Assembly: GCF_017937405.1 (NCBI RefSeq)
Contig: NZ_JAGBDS010000007.1
Strand: one strand, 5' to 3'
From: Oscillibacter sp.
GTDB lineage: Bacteria > Bacillota > Clostridia > Oscillospirales > Oscillospiraceae
DNA length: 64,000 nt
Below, one piece after another: positions 50,310-59,509 of this stretch (position 1 is the first letter of the stretch; the number at the start of each line of letters is the position of its first letter). Position numbers and translations under genes: made by a program. The notes under the pieces are model-generated. The model worked only from the letters and a program-made list of their open reading frames with translations, ran no database searches and was not told the origin of the DNA.

Positions 50310-50563
50310 AAAAAATCCCGCCTGTCCTCTTGACAGCAAGGATTTTTTCGTGTCAGCTTGCCGAAAAAGTCTTTTCGGCAAGCTGCTGCAAGTTTTTCCG
50401 AACTGAAAAGTTCAGAAAAACTTATGATTGAAAACGAAAGGACCCCTTCCTGGGTTCCTTTCGTAGCTATCCTCCTTCCCGTTGCGCAAGACTTCCAGAG
50501 TAATCGGCAATTTGGTTTGAAAAAATCCCGCCTGTCCTCTTGACAGCCGGGATTTTTTCGTGT
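50310..50563. repeat. 44-bp direct duplication of a hairpin flanking a 166-bp hairpin-rich insert
   Basis: AAAAAATCCCGCCTGTCCTCTTGACAGCnnGGATTTTTTCGTGT at 50310-50353 and 50520-50563. Confidence 0.85.
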
Positions 50564-50624
50564 ATTCCTATATCGAAAACGTTTGCGCTTTTTATTTCAG
50601 ATATTGGAAAGAAGTGTGTTTGCC

Positions 50625-51308
50625 ATGTACAAGATCGAGACCCATCTCCATACCACCCACACCAGCAAATGCGGCCACCTGACCGCCCCCGTCCTGGCGA
50701 AGGCCTATAAGGAGGCCGGTTACGACGCCATCGCCGTCACCGACCACTACAACCGGGACACGGTGAAGTACCTGAACCTGGACCTGAGCGCCCCCGACGG
50801 CCTGCTGGAAAAGTTCCTGGACGGCTTCCACCGGATGGAGGACGCCTGCGGCGAGCTGGGCATCCGGGTCTACAAGGGCGCGGAGCTGCGCTTTGACGAG
50901 TGTGAAAACGACTACCTGCTGTTCGGCTGGCACGACGAGCTGCTGCGGGACATGCCCCGGAACCTGAAAATGAGCGTGGTGGAGTTCTCCAAGCTGGCCC
51001 GGGAGGACGGCGCCCTGCTGATCCAGGCTCACCCCTACCGGAAGAAGTGCACCCCCGCCATCGCCTGCTATCTGGACGGCGTGGAGGTCATCAACGCCCA
51101 TCCCCGGCACGACAGCCACAACGACCGGGCCAAGGAGTATGCCGAGCAGTTCGGCCTCATCCAGCTGGCTGGCTCCGACTGCCACCAGACGCCGGACATC
51201 GCCCGCAGCGGCATCCTGTCCGACACCCTGCCTGCCGACACCTTTGAGTTGGCGGCCCTCATCCGCTCCGGGAACTACACCCTGATCGAGCCCCCCGCCG
51301 CAGAATAA
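50625..51308 (+). CDS. PHP-domain phosphoesterase
   Basis: ETHLHT, VTDHY, QAHPYR, GSDCH. Confidence 0.9.
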   Translation: MYKIETHLHTTHTSKCGHLTAPVLAKAYKEAGYDAIAVTDHYNRDTVKYLNLDLSAPDGLLEKFLDGFHRMEDACGELGIRVYKGAELRFDECENDYLLFGWHDELLRDMPRNLKMSVVEFSKLAREDGALLIQAHPYRKKCTPAIACYLDGVEVINAHPRHDSHNDRAKEYAEQFGLIQLAGSDCHQTPDIARSGILSDTLPADTFELAALIRSGNYTLIEPPAAE

Positions 51309-51346
51309 CGATTTTTTCCCGCCGGATACCTCCGGCGGGAATTTTT

Positions 51347-52105
51347 TCAACCCAGTGCCACGTCCAAAACCATCATAATGAGAAATCCCCCCACGAAACC
51401 GCAAGTCCCCGCCCGGCTGTGGGCCTGGGGCACCAATTCCTCCACCACCACGTACAGCATGGCCCCCGCCGCGAAGCTCAAAAGCCAGGGCATCAGGGGC
51501 CGTGCCCAGGCGGCTATCAGCACCACCAACACGCCGAACAGCGGCTCCACCACGCCGGACAGCATCCCGCCTAGGAACGCCCGGCTCCGGGATTTCCCCT
51601 CCTGCCGCAGGGGCAGGGCGATGGCGGCGCCCTCCGGGAAATTCTGGATGCCGATACCCATGGCCAGGGCCGCCGCCCCCGCCAGATTCTCACCGTTTGC
51701 CGCCAGAGCGAAGGCCAGGCCCACCGCCATGCCCTCCGGCACGTTATGTAAAGTGATGGCGGTCATCAGCAGGGCGTTCTGCCGCCAGGCGTCCTCCGTG
51801 GGCCTTCGGCGGAGCCGGGGCAAAATGCTGTCCAGTGCTGCCAGGAACACCACCCCCAGCAGCATCCCTGCCGCGGCGGGCAGCCAGCCGGGGAAGCGCC
51901 CCTCCTCCACCGCCTGGTCGATGGCGGGCAGCAGCAGGCTCCACACCGACGCCGCCGTCATCACCCCGGCGGCAAAGCCCAGCATGGCCTTCTGGAACCG
52001 GGGCCGGGGCTCTCCCGAAAAGAAAAACACCATGGCGGCGCCCAGGGTGGTCATCAGGAAGGTGAACCCGGTGCCCAGGGCGGCCCAGCCGAGAGATTGC
52101 AGCAT
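51347..52105 (-). CDS. ZIP family metal transporter (ZupT/GufA-like)
   Basis: ITLHNVPEG, IQNFPEG, FAAGAMLYVV. Confidence 0.93.
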   Translation of the reverse strand: MLQSLGWAALGTGFTFLMTTLGAAMVFFFSGEPRPRFQKAMLGFAAGVMTAASVWSLLLPAIDQAVEEGRFPGWLPAAAGMLLGVVFLAALDSILPRLRRRPTEDAWRQNALLMTAITLHNVPEGMAVGLAFALAANGENLAGAAALAMGIGIQNFPEGAAIALPLRQEGKSRSRAFLGGMLSGVVEPLFGVLVVLIAAWARPLMPWLLSFAAGAMLYVVVEELVPQAHSRAGTCGFVGGFLIMMVLDVALG

Positions 52106-52210
52106 ACGCATCAACGCCTTTATCTGGATTCAGGCGGAAGCCCGCCTGTATGCCAGTATAAGCGGTGCCCGCGCCGGGGGTGCGAAAACCGGGCGGCTCC
52201 CGCCGCCCGG

Positions 52211-52624
52211 TCAGATAACGTTTTCGTTTTCCCTCTCCGCCTGCCCTTTCAGCCAGTGTTCCACCGCCACCGTATAAGCCATTCCCGCGAAAATCAGCAG
52301 CAGGCAGACCGGAGGCGAGACCCGGAACAGGACCAGTACGGCCCCTGTGACCGCCAATCCCGCGCCGAACAGCCGCACAGGCCACGCCCATTTCCCGAAC
52401 CGCTTTTGGGCAGCACGGCGAAGTTTTTCATCGTTTTCCCGGGCTTGCGCGGCCCGGTCCTCGTCTGTGGAAAAACAGACAGCAACGATTCCAATGATCG
52501 TCCACAATACAAACATCGTGATCTTGAACGCATCCCGGTTCGAGATGCCGTGAGTAAGATACATCACACCCAATCCAATGCCCAGCAATCCCTGCACAAA
52601 TTGGCTCTTACTGTAGATCTTCAT
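52211..52624 (-). CDS. Hypothetical membrane protein
   Basis: About four hydrophobic segments; start uncertain. Confidence 0.65.
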   Translation of the reverse strand: MKIYSKSQFVQGLLGIGLGVMYLTHGISNRDAFKITMFVLWTIIGIVAVCFSTDEDRAAQARENDEKLRRAAQKRFGKWAWPVRLFGAGLAVTGAVLVLFRVSPPVCLLLIFAGMAYTVAVEHWLKGQAERENENVI

Positions 52625-52737
52625 CCGCCCCGCCCCCTTTTTTCTCATCCTATCACATCCGTTCCCAGCCCACAACTCCCGGCTTGCTTTTTCGTCTATT
52701 TCATGCTATGATGCAAATAACGGCATACAATTTAAAA

Positions 52738-52851
52738 GGACTCATATAATTTCGCTGTACAATGGCGCGAAAGTTTCTACGGGGCCGCCGAAAGGCTCTG
52801 CTATGGGTGTCTGTCGGATGGAACTATCCGGTCAGGCGCTCCTTTTCTTTT
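52738..52851 (+). ncRNA. Purine (guanine-type) riboswitch with overlapping terminator
   Basis: ACTCATA-TAA...ATGG...GTTTCTAC...CCGAAA...C-TATGGGT matches the xpt-type aptamer with discriminator C; upstream of guanine deaminase. Confidence 0.9.
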
Positions 52852-52880
52852 GTACCGACATTTTGCAGAGAGGTGTTTGT

Positions 52881-54152
52881 ATGGCTGTCACAATTATGAA
52901 AGGGACTATCGTCTCCGCCCGGTCGCTGGGCAAGCTGGACATCACGGAGAACGGCTACCTGGTAGCCGAAAACGGCGTCATTCAGGGGGTATTCCCCACC
53001 CTGCCGGAGCAGTACGCCGCCGCGCCTGTGGAAGACTACGGCGACGCCCTGATTCTGCAGTCCTTCGCGGACCTGCACCTCCACGCCCCCCAGTACCCCA
53101 TGCTGGGCATGGGCATGGACCTGCCCCTGCTGGACTGGCTGAACGCCTACGCCTTCCCCACGGAGGCCCGGTTCGCGGACCCGGACTACGCCCGGGAAAT
53201 TTACCGCAAGCTGGCCCGTGAGTTGGTGTCCCGGGGCACCACACGGGTGTGTATGTTCTCCTCCCTCCACACCGACGCCACTCTGATTTTGATGGACGAG
53301 CTGGAAAAGGCGGGCGTCACGGGCTATGTGGGCAAGGTGAACATGGACCGCAACGCCGCCCCCGGCGTGCTGGAGGAGACCACGGAGGAATCCCAGCGGG
53401 AGACCCTCCGCTGGCTGGAGGCCTGCGGGGATTTTGCCCACATCAAGCCCATGCTGACCCCCCGGTTCACCCCCTCTTGCACCAACGAGCTGATGGCTTT
53501 CCTGGGGAATTTGGCGGCGGAGCGGGACCTGCCGGTGCAGTCCCACCTGTCGGAAAACGGCGCGGAGATGGAGTGGGTGCGGCAGCTCCACCCCGACTGC
53601 AAGCAGTATTGGGAGACCTACGCCAAGTACGGCCTGTGGAACGAACGCACCGTTATGGCCCACTGCGTCTGGTCCGATGAACGGGAGCGGAAAGCCATGA
53701 AAGACGCGGGCGTCACCGTGGTCCACTGCGCCGACTCCAACCAGAACATCTGCTCCGGCGTGGCCCCGGTGCGGGTGATGCTGAACGAAGGCCTGAAGGT
53801 GGCCCTGGGCAGCGACATCGCAGGCGGCGACCACCTGGACATGTTCGACGTGGTGGCCTCCGCCATCCGGGCATCCAAGGCCCGCCGGGTGCTGGACAAC
53901 TGGCAGACGGATTTCCTCACCGTCCCCGAGGGCTGGTACTTAGGCACCTCCGCGGGCGCGGCGTACTTTGGGGAACAGCCGGGCTTCGCCCCTGGCAATC
54001 CCCTTCACGCCATTGTTCTGGCGGACGATACCCTGCCCCAGCCCCATCCCCTGACCCCGGCGGAGCGGCTGGAGCGGTGCGTGTACCTGCGGCAGAGCGG
54101 CGCCGTCCGGGCGGTGTGGAGTGCGGGGAGAAAAGTTTATACCGCCGAATAA
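52881..54152 (+). CDS. guaD: Guanine deaminase (amidohydrolase family)
   Basis: DLHLHAPQY, LLDWL, TPRFTPSCT, QSHLSEN, LGSDIAGG; purine riboswitch upstream. Confidence 0.9.
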   Translation: MAVTIMKGTIVSARSLGKLDITENGYLVAENGVIQGVFPTLPEQYAAAPVEDYGDALILQSFADLHLHAPQYPMLGMGMDLPLLDWLNAYAFPTEARFADPDYAREIYRKLARELVSRGTTRVCMFSSLHTDATLILMDELEKAGVTGYVGKVNMDRNAAPGVLEETTEESQRETLRWLEACGDFAHIKPMLTPRFTPSCTNELMAFLGNLAAERDLPVQSHLSENGAEMEWVRQLHPDCKQYWETYAKYGLWNERTVMAHCVWSDERERKAMKDAGVTVVHCADSNQNICSGVAPVRVMLNEGLKVALGSDIAGGDHLDMFDVVASAIRASKARRVLDNWQTDFLTVPEGWYLGTSAGAAYFGEQPGFAPGNPLHAIVLADDTLPQPHPLTPAERLERCVYLRQSGAVRAVWSAGRKVYTAE

Positions 54153-54183
54153 GCAAAAAAGAGAGCCTTTCGGCTCTCTTTTT

Positions 54184-54426
54184 TTATTTGATCTCCTGCT
54201 CCAGCTCTGTAAATTCCTCGCCGGAGAAAAATTCCTTCAGGGAGATTTCCAGCCCATCGCAAAGCATTTTAATGGTGGTAATGGACACATCCCGGCGGCG
54301 GGCGTCCATCATGCTGTACACCGTGGAGGGCGTCACACCAGCCTTGACCGCAAGCTCGTTGTATTTTATTCCGCGCTGGCGGCAAATCGACGCAAACCGC
54401 GCCGCAACGGCATCCTTAACGCCCAT
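54184..54426 (-). CDS. Small XRE-family HTH protein
   Basis: NELAVKAGVTPSTVYSM...IKMLCDGLEISLKEFF; GAGGTG RBS. Confidence 0.85.
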   Translation of the reverse strand: MGVKDAVAARFASICRQRGIKYNELAVKAGVTPSTVYSMMDARRRDVSITTIKMLCDGLEISLKEFFSGEEFTELEQEIK

Positions 54427-54525
54427 ACCCATCACCTCATGGTTATGGTATCTGCTTTTACGATGTCGCGTATACGCAATTGCGTATTTCAAGGAAATAT
54501 GGTACGCTTTGGCCGAGGTGATTTT

Positions 54526-54714
54526 ATGCAGGACGAACAGGATTTTTACCGCTGTCTGGCCTCCGACGCCGCCAGCCGCGCTTTGCGCAAGATTCAAGAA
54601 ATCCTCTCCGACGACACGCTGGATGACCCGGCGTGCTTCCACCGCATCGAAGCCATCGTGTCCCTGCTGGAGGACATGAGCCTCTCCTGCGGCGGCAGGC
54701 ACGATTTTGGATGA
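54526..54714 (+). CDS. 62-aa hypothetical protein divergent from the HTH gene
   Basis: GAGGTG RBS; DDPACFHRIEAIV...GGRHDFG. Confidence 0.7.
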   Translation: MQDEQDFYRCLASDAASRALRKIQEILSDDTLDDPACFHRIEAIVSLLEDMSLSCGGRHDFG

Positions 54715-54745
54715 AAAAAGAGAGCCAAAAGGCTCTCTTTTTGGT

Positions 54746-55216
54746 TCAAAACAAGCGCACCAGTCCCAATGTCACCGCCGTGGTGATGCCTCCTGCGATG
54801 ACCAGCCCCAGCAGAATGGCGGGCAGGGCATTCCGCAGGCGGATGTCCAGCAAGGACGCTACCAGCGCCCCGGTCCAGGCCCCGGTCCCCGGCAGGGGGA
54901 TGCCCACCAGGACTACCAGTCCCGCCAGACGGTATTTCCGCACGATGCGGCCCTTCAGGTGAGCCCGCCGCTCCAGCCAGACGATCTTCGGCCCGAAAAA
55001 CCGGGTGTCCCGCAGCCAGTTGAAGACCCGGCGGGTCAGCAGCATGATGAAGGGCACGGGAAGCAGATTCCCCAGAATGGCAGTCACACAAACTACGGCA
55101 GGCGGCAGCCCGGCGGCGATGCCCACAGGAATGGCCCCCCGCAGCTCTATGACCGGCACCATGGCGGTACCGAAGGTCATCAGCAGTTTTCCAAATGTAG
55201 TTTCCAGAAAAGGCAT
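54746..55216 (-). CDS. Small multi-drug export family membrane protein (COG2426-like)
   Basis: MVPVIELRGAIP, GIPLPGTGAWTG. Confidence 0.9.
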   Translation of the reverse strand: MPFLETTFGKLLMTFGTAMVPVIELRGAIPVGIAAGLPPAVVCVTAILGNLLPVPFIMLLTRRVFNWLRDTRFFGPKIVWLERRAHLKGRIVRKYRLAGLVVLVGIPLPGTGAWTGALVASLLDIRLRNALPAILLGLVIAGGITTAVTLGLVRLF

Positions 55217-55282
55217 AAGTCCCTCCACACGTAGGCCACGGCCTCCGGCAGCCCCGGAGACCGTGACAGCGTTATGGACAGT

Positions 55283-56101
55283 TTACTCCAGGTTCAGCCG
55301 GCGCTTCAAGAAATAAGTTGTTAATAAATAGAAAACAGCGCCGTAGACCAGTTCCCCCACGATGAGTACGCACATCCCGAAATGTACAGCAGCCATACCG
55401 GAAATTTTCCAGCTGTCGGTCCAGCCCAGCAGCAGGTGGTGGAGCCAGGATTCATCCAGCAGGACGACCAGCATACCGCCCACGAACTGCACCGCAAACT
55501 GGATAATGAAGTACCAGGCCACGGACCAGGCCATCTTGTGGCCGGAAAAGCTGTGGCCGATGGCCAGGGCGGTGTAGAAATGCAGGCACATGGCGCAGCA
55601 GCCCAGGAAGCACACCACCAGGAACTCCGCCGCGATGGCGGTGCCGTTCAGAGCGTAGTAGGCGGTGACATGCTGGAAAATCTCGTGGAAAACCTCACCG
55701 ATGCCCTCCAGAATGTCGATGTCAACGGCCATGATCAATCCGGCCAGGCACACCATGACGATGGTCAGGGCGAACCAGACGGCGGAGACGATGAGCTTGC
55801 TCCACACCTGCTGGTGGACGGAGACAGGCAGAGTCATCATCACATAGCCCTCATCCTGGAGCAGATTTTTATAGAACCGCTGGACCATCACCACCATGCT
55901 CATGACGCAGACAGCGATAATGGCAACGGCAAAGGCCATGACCAGCAGGCCGCCCAGAAGGTCCAGCACCTTCAGGTCCGTTTCCAGCAGGCCCCGGGTG
56001 GAGAAGTTGGCGCCGATGGAGGTCGCCAGCAAAATCAGATACAGGGGCAGCATGATGCGGCCCGTGGCACGAAATTCGTGCTTCAACAGCTTTCTCAGCA
56101 T
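55283..56101 (-). CDS. ABC transporter permease
   Basis: KLLKHEF, EGYVMMTLPVS, six TM segments. Confidence 0.88.
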   Translation of the reverse strand: MLRKLLKHEFRATGRIMLPLYLILLATSIGANFSTRGLLETDLKVLDLLGGLLVMAFAVAIIAVCVMSMVVMVQRFYKNLLQDEGYVMMTLPVSVHQQVWSKLIVSAVWFALTIVMVCLAGLIMAVDIDILEGIGEVFHEIFQHVTAYYALNGTAIAAEFLVVCFLGCCAMCLHFYTALAIGHSFSGHKMAWSVAWYFIIQFAVQFVGGMLVVLLDESWLHHLLLGWTDSWKISGMAAVHFGMCVLIVGELVYGAVFYLLTTYFLKRRLNLE

Positions 56102-56790
56102 TTGAACACCTCCCGGAACAGCTCGTCAACGCTCATGCCCTTCTCCTCCCGGATCTGGTCCACGGAGGACTGGAGCATGACGCGGCCCTGATTGATAAAG
56201 ATGACGTCGTCCAGCACCTTTTCCACATCGGAAATGAGGTGGGTGGAGATGACCACCGCCGCCTCGGGGTCGTAGTTGCCGATGATGGTGGACAGGATGT
56301 AGTCCCGGGTGGCAGGGTCCACGCCGCCGATGGGCTCATCCAGCAAATACAGCTTTGCCGCCCGGCTCATGGTCACGATGAGCTGCACCTTCTCCCGGGT
56401 GCCCTTGCTCATCTGCTTGATTTGCTGTTTGGGCTGGATATTCAGGTGCTGGAGCATCTCCTCCGCCGCGTCCCGGCGAAAATCGGCATAGAAATCCTGA
56501 TAGAAGTCCAGAAGCTGGTTGGTAGTCATCCAGGTGGGGATAGAGGTCCGCTCCGGCAGGTAGCTGACCAGCGCGTGGCTCTCCTTCCCCGGTGCTATAC
56601 CACAAACGAGAATCTCCCCACTGGTAGGAGTCAGCAGGCCGTTAGCCAGCTTGATGAGAGTGGTCTTGCCGCTTCCGTTGGGTCCCAGCAATCCCACGAT
56701 GCGGCCCGGCTCGATAATAAAGTCCACGCCGTCCAGCGCCGCCGTATGTCCGTAATTTTTTGTCAGTGCTTTACATTCCAGAACCGCCAT
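56095..56790 (-). CDS. ABC transporter ATP-binding protein (YtrB-like)
   Basis: GPNGSGKT, MSKG, LLDEP, STH. Confidence 0.95.
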   Translation of the reverse strand: MAVLECKALTKNYGHTAALDGVDFIIEPGRIVGLLGPNGSGKTTLIKLANGLLTPTSGEILVCGIAPGKESHALVSYLPERTSIPTWMTTNQLLDFYQDFYADFRRDAAEEMLQHLNIQPKQQIKQMSKGTREKVQLIVTMSRAAKLYLLDEPIGGVDPATRDYILSTIIGNYDPEAAVVISTHLISDVEKVLDDVIFINQGRVMLQSSVDQIREEKGMSVDELFREVFKC

Positions 56791-57163
56791 TCGCGCTTCC
56801 CTCCTCACTCGTCTCCTGCCGCAGCAGGGTCACGATATCCTCCGGTTGATAGCCCAGCCGGAGCATAGCCGCCAGAAACGTCTTGATGTGACGCTCCGCC
56901 AGTCCCCGTTTTGCCTTTTCGATCATCGTTTTGTCCTCCGTCACGAATCTGCCGGCGGTCCGCTGGCTGAATACCAGTCCGTCCCGTTCCAGCTCCGCCA
57001 GCGCCCGCTGCATGGTGTTGGGATTGACCCCAGCCTCTGTCGCCAGGTCCCGCACCGATGGCAGCCGCTCTCCCGGCGGAAAGGCCCCCACCACGATGCC
57101 CACCTTGATCTGTTCGATAAGCTGGGTGTAAATTGGGGCGTCATTGGAAAACTGCCACTTCAT
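56771..57163 (-). CDS. GntR (YtrA subfamily) regulator
   Basis: PIYTQL, LPSVRDLA, VNPNTMQRA. Confidence 0.95.
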   Translation of the reverse strand: MKWQFSNDAPIYTQLIEQIKVGIVVGAFPPGERLPSVRDLATEAGVNPNTMQRALAELERDGLVFSQRTAGRFVTEDKTMIEKAKRGLAERHIKTFLAAMLRLGYQPEDIVTLLRQETSEEGSANGGSGM

Positions 57164-57187
57164 GGCACACCTCCCAGTTGTGTATCG

Positions 57188-57209
57188 TTGTATTATGTAA
57201 GTAATACAA
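57188..57209. promoter_or_regulatory. YtrA-type operator palindrome
   Basis: TTGTATTA-N6-TAATACAA just upstream of the GntR gene. Confidence 0.7.
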
Positions 57210-57296
57210 TATCATAACTTTATCATTTGTCAAGATAGTAAATAAAAAATTTTCCGGCGGGGGTGGGAAACACAGTTCCCGCCTCCGCCGAAAAAA

Positions 57297-58145
57297 TCAA
57301 CCGGGATACTTCTCCCCCAGCCGCCGGATCACATCCGCCAGTGCGCTCTCCCGGGCGTCGGCCACGATAGTAGCCCCGCACGCCCGGACAGCAGGCACGC
57401 AGTTGGCGGGAGCAAACCCCTCCGCCGCCACGGTGAGCATTGGGATGTCGTTGGCCTCGTCGCCCACGCAGTAGACGTGGTCCATGGGAATCCCCAACCG
57501 GGCTGCCAGGCGGCGCACCATGCCGCCCTTGTTGGCGCCCTTGGCCGTCAATTCCAGCAAACTCTGGCCGGAGAAGATCAGCTCATAGTCCCCGCTCCAG
57601 CCCTGCTCTGTCAGGAAGGCCTTGATCTCCTCCAAAACGGCGTGATTGTCCTCGAACAACAGCTTGCCCAGAGGCAGGGGCACCTCCGGCAGGGACGGCT
57701 TCTCCTCCACCGCCACCTTGGTCAGATGCTCATGCTGCCGGGTGATGGCGTTGGGATGGACGGCGTGGATGACGTTGTCGATGTGGTACGCCTCCACCGC
57801 CGCCGACGGGAACTTCTCCAGCACCGCCTGGCCCCGCTCCCGGACGCTTCCGTCCAGCATCGCCATTTCCAGATACTCGCCCTTGGCAAAGTCGTACAGC
57901 GCCGCGCCGTTGCACACTACGCCGGGGGTGTTCATGGGCACCTTGTCCGCGTATTTCATAAAGGCCGCCAGCGCCCGGCCGGTGGCGATGGCGAACCGCC
58001 CGCCCTCGGCCATGAACCACTCCAGGGCTTCCCGGTTTTCCTCCGAAAGGGGCGGCACCGGTACGCCGGAGCGCAAGGCCTCCTCGGTATAAATCAAGGT
58101 GTTGTCAAAATCGCTTGCCAGCAAAACGCCGTCGAATCTTCCCAT
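57297..58145 (-). CDS. Cof-type HAD hydrolase (IIB)
   Basis: DFDNTL, ATGR, NKG, GDEAND. Confidence 0.93.
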   Translation of the reverse strand: MGRFDGVLLASDFDNTLIYTEEALRSGVPVPPLSEENREALEWFMAEGGRFAIATGRALAAFMKYADKVPMNTPGVVCNGAALYDFAKGEYLEMAMLDGSVRERGQAVLEKFPSAAVEAYHIDNVIHAVHPNAITRQHEHLTKVAVEEKPSLPEVPLPLGKLLFEDNHAVLEEIKAFLTEQGWSGDYELIFSGQSLLELTAKGANKGGMVRRLAARLGIPMDHVYCVGDEANDIPMLTVAAEGFAPANCVPAVRACGATIVADARESALADVIRRLGEKYPG

Positions 58146-58207
58146 CGTGTCTTCCTTTCCGAAAGAACACCCGCCGCCCGCAAGGCGGACGGCGGGTCTT
58201 TTCTCTT

Positions 58208-59509
58208 TTATTCAGTCTTAGGGGCGCTGCCGCCCTCGCCGCCCTTGCTCCGGCGGCGTCCGCCCCGGTGATGGGGCCTGCGGCGGCGTTTTGCCTCGTC
58301 GCCATCCCCGGCGGCTTTGTTCTCGGCCTGGGGCTGCTGGGGCTGTTTGGGCCCCTGCTGCTTGGGAGGCTGCTGTTTGGGCTGCTGCTTCGGCGGGCGG
58401 GACTTCTGGCCCCCCTCCGTCTTTTCCGGCTTTTCCGGTGCGGCCTGCGCAGCGGTCTGCTCGCTCTTGCCGTCCTTGCCGCGGCCCCGGCGTCCACCCC
58501 GGTGCCGGCGGCGGGGCTTGCCGTCGCCGCCGCTCTCCTCGCTCATCTTCTCCCGGACGGGCGCGTCCTCCAGCTTGGAATCCATATAAAACGGTGTAGA
58601 GAGGACAGGAGGCATCTCAAAGCTCTCCTCCTCGTGCTCCTCCACATACCGGGCGGGACGCTCGGGGATCTCGATGCCCTCCCGGCTGCCCTTGCCATTG
58701 CGGAGCACGCAGATCTCGCAGTTGTGATAGCACTTCATAGGCTCGTTGGGAGCCGCGCTGTCCAGCGCCACCTTCACGGTCTCCCGCAGCAGATCGATAC
58801 TCTTGACGTTACCGGGGCCGTCGGGGGTCTGGACAAAGCTCTCCGCCTTGGGCATCCGCTTGGCGGCGTCCTCATAGGCGTTCTGCTCGTACTTCAAACA
58901 GCACATCAGCCGCCCGCAGGTACCGGAAATTTTGGTGGGATTCAGGCTCAGATTCTGGGTCTTCGCCATCTTGATGGACACCGGCAGGAAGCTGTCCAGG
59001 AACTGGGAGCAGCAGAAGGGCCGCCCGCAGATGCCCAGGCCGCCGATCATCTTGGCCTCGTCCCGGACGCCGATCTGCCGCAGCTCGATGCGGGCCCGGA
59101 ACACACTTGCCAGGTCCCGGACCAGCTCCCGGAAATCCACCCGCCCGTCAGCGGTGAAGTAGAAGATGATCTTGTTGCCGTCGAAGCTGGCGGAAACGTT
59201 CACCAGCTTCATCTCCAGGCCGTGGTCCGCGATCTTCTTCTCGCAGATGTCAAAAGCCTCGCTCTCTTTTTTCTTGTTGTACTCCACCACCCGGCGGTCG
59301 TTCTCGGTAGCCATGCGCAGCACAGCGCACAGCGGGCTCACGATGGCGGAGTCCTCCACCTCATGGTTCCCCTCGGTGCAGGTGGCGAATTCGGGCCCCT
59401 GGGCGGTCTGCACCACCACCTGGTCCCCCATCTTCACCCGCAGGCCCTTGGGGTCGAAAAAATAATTCTTGCATCCGCCCCGAAAGCGGACGCTGATGAC
59501 TTCAGTCAA
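58208..59509 (-). CDS. ricT: PSP1/RicT (YaaT) family protein with long low-complexity tail
   Basis: RVDFRELV, RQIGVRDE, CGRPFCC, SGTCGRLMCCLKYE. Confidence 0.93.
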   Translation of the reverse strand: MTEVISVRFRGGCKNYFFDPKGLRVKMGDQVVVQTAQGPEFATCTEGNHEVEDSAIVSPLCAVLRMATENDRRVVEYNKKKESEAFDICEKKIADHGLEMKLVNVSASFDGNKIIFYFTADGRVDFRELVRDLASVFRARIELRQIGVRDEAKMIGGLGICGRPFCCSQFLDSFLPVSIKMAKTQNLSLNPTKISGTCGRLMCCLKYEQNAYEDAAKRMPKAESFVQTPDGPGNVKSIDLLRETVKVALDSAAPNEPMKCYHNCEICVLRNGKGSREGIEIPERPARYVEEHEEESFEMPPVLSTPFYMDSKLEDAPVREKMSEESGGDGKPRRRHRGGRRGRGKDGKSEQTAAQAAPEKPEKTEGGQKSRPPKQQPKQQPPKQQGPKQPQQPQAENKAAGDGDEAKRRRRPHHRGGRRRSKGGEGGSAPKTE

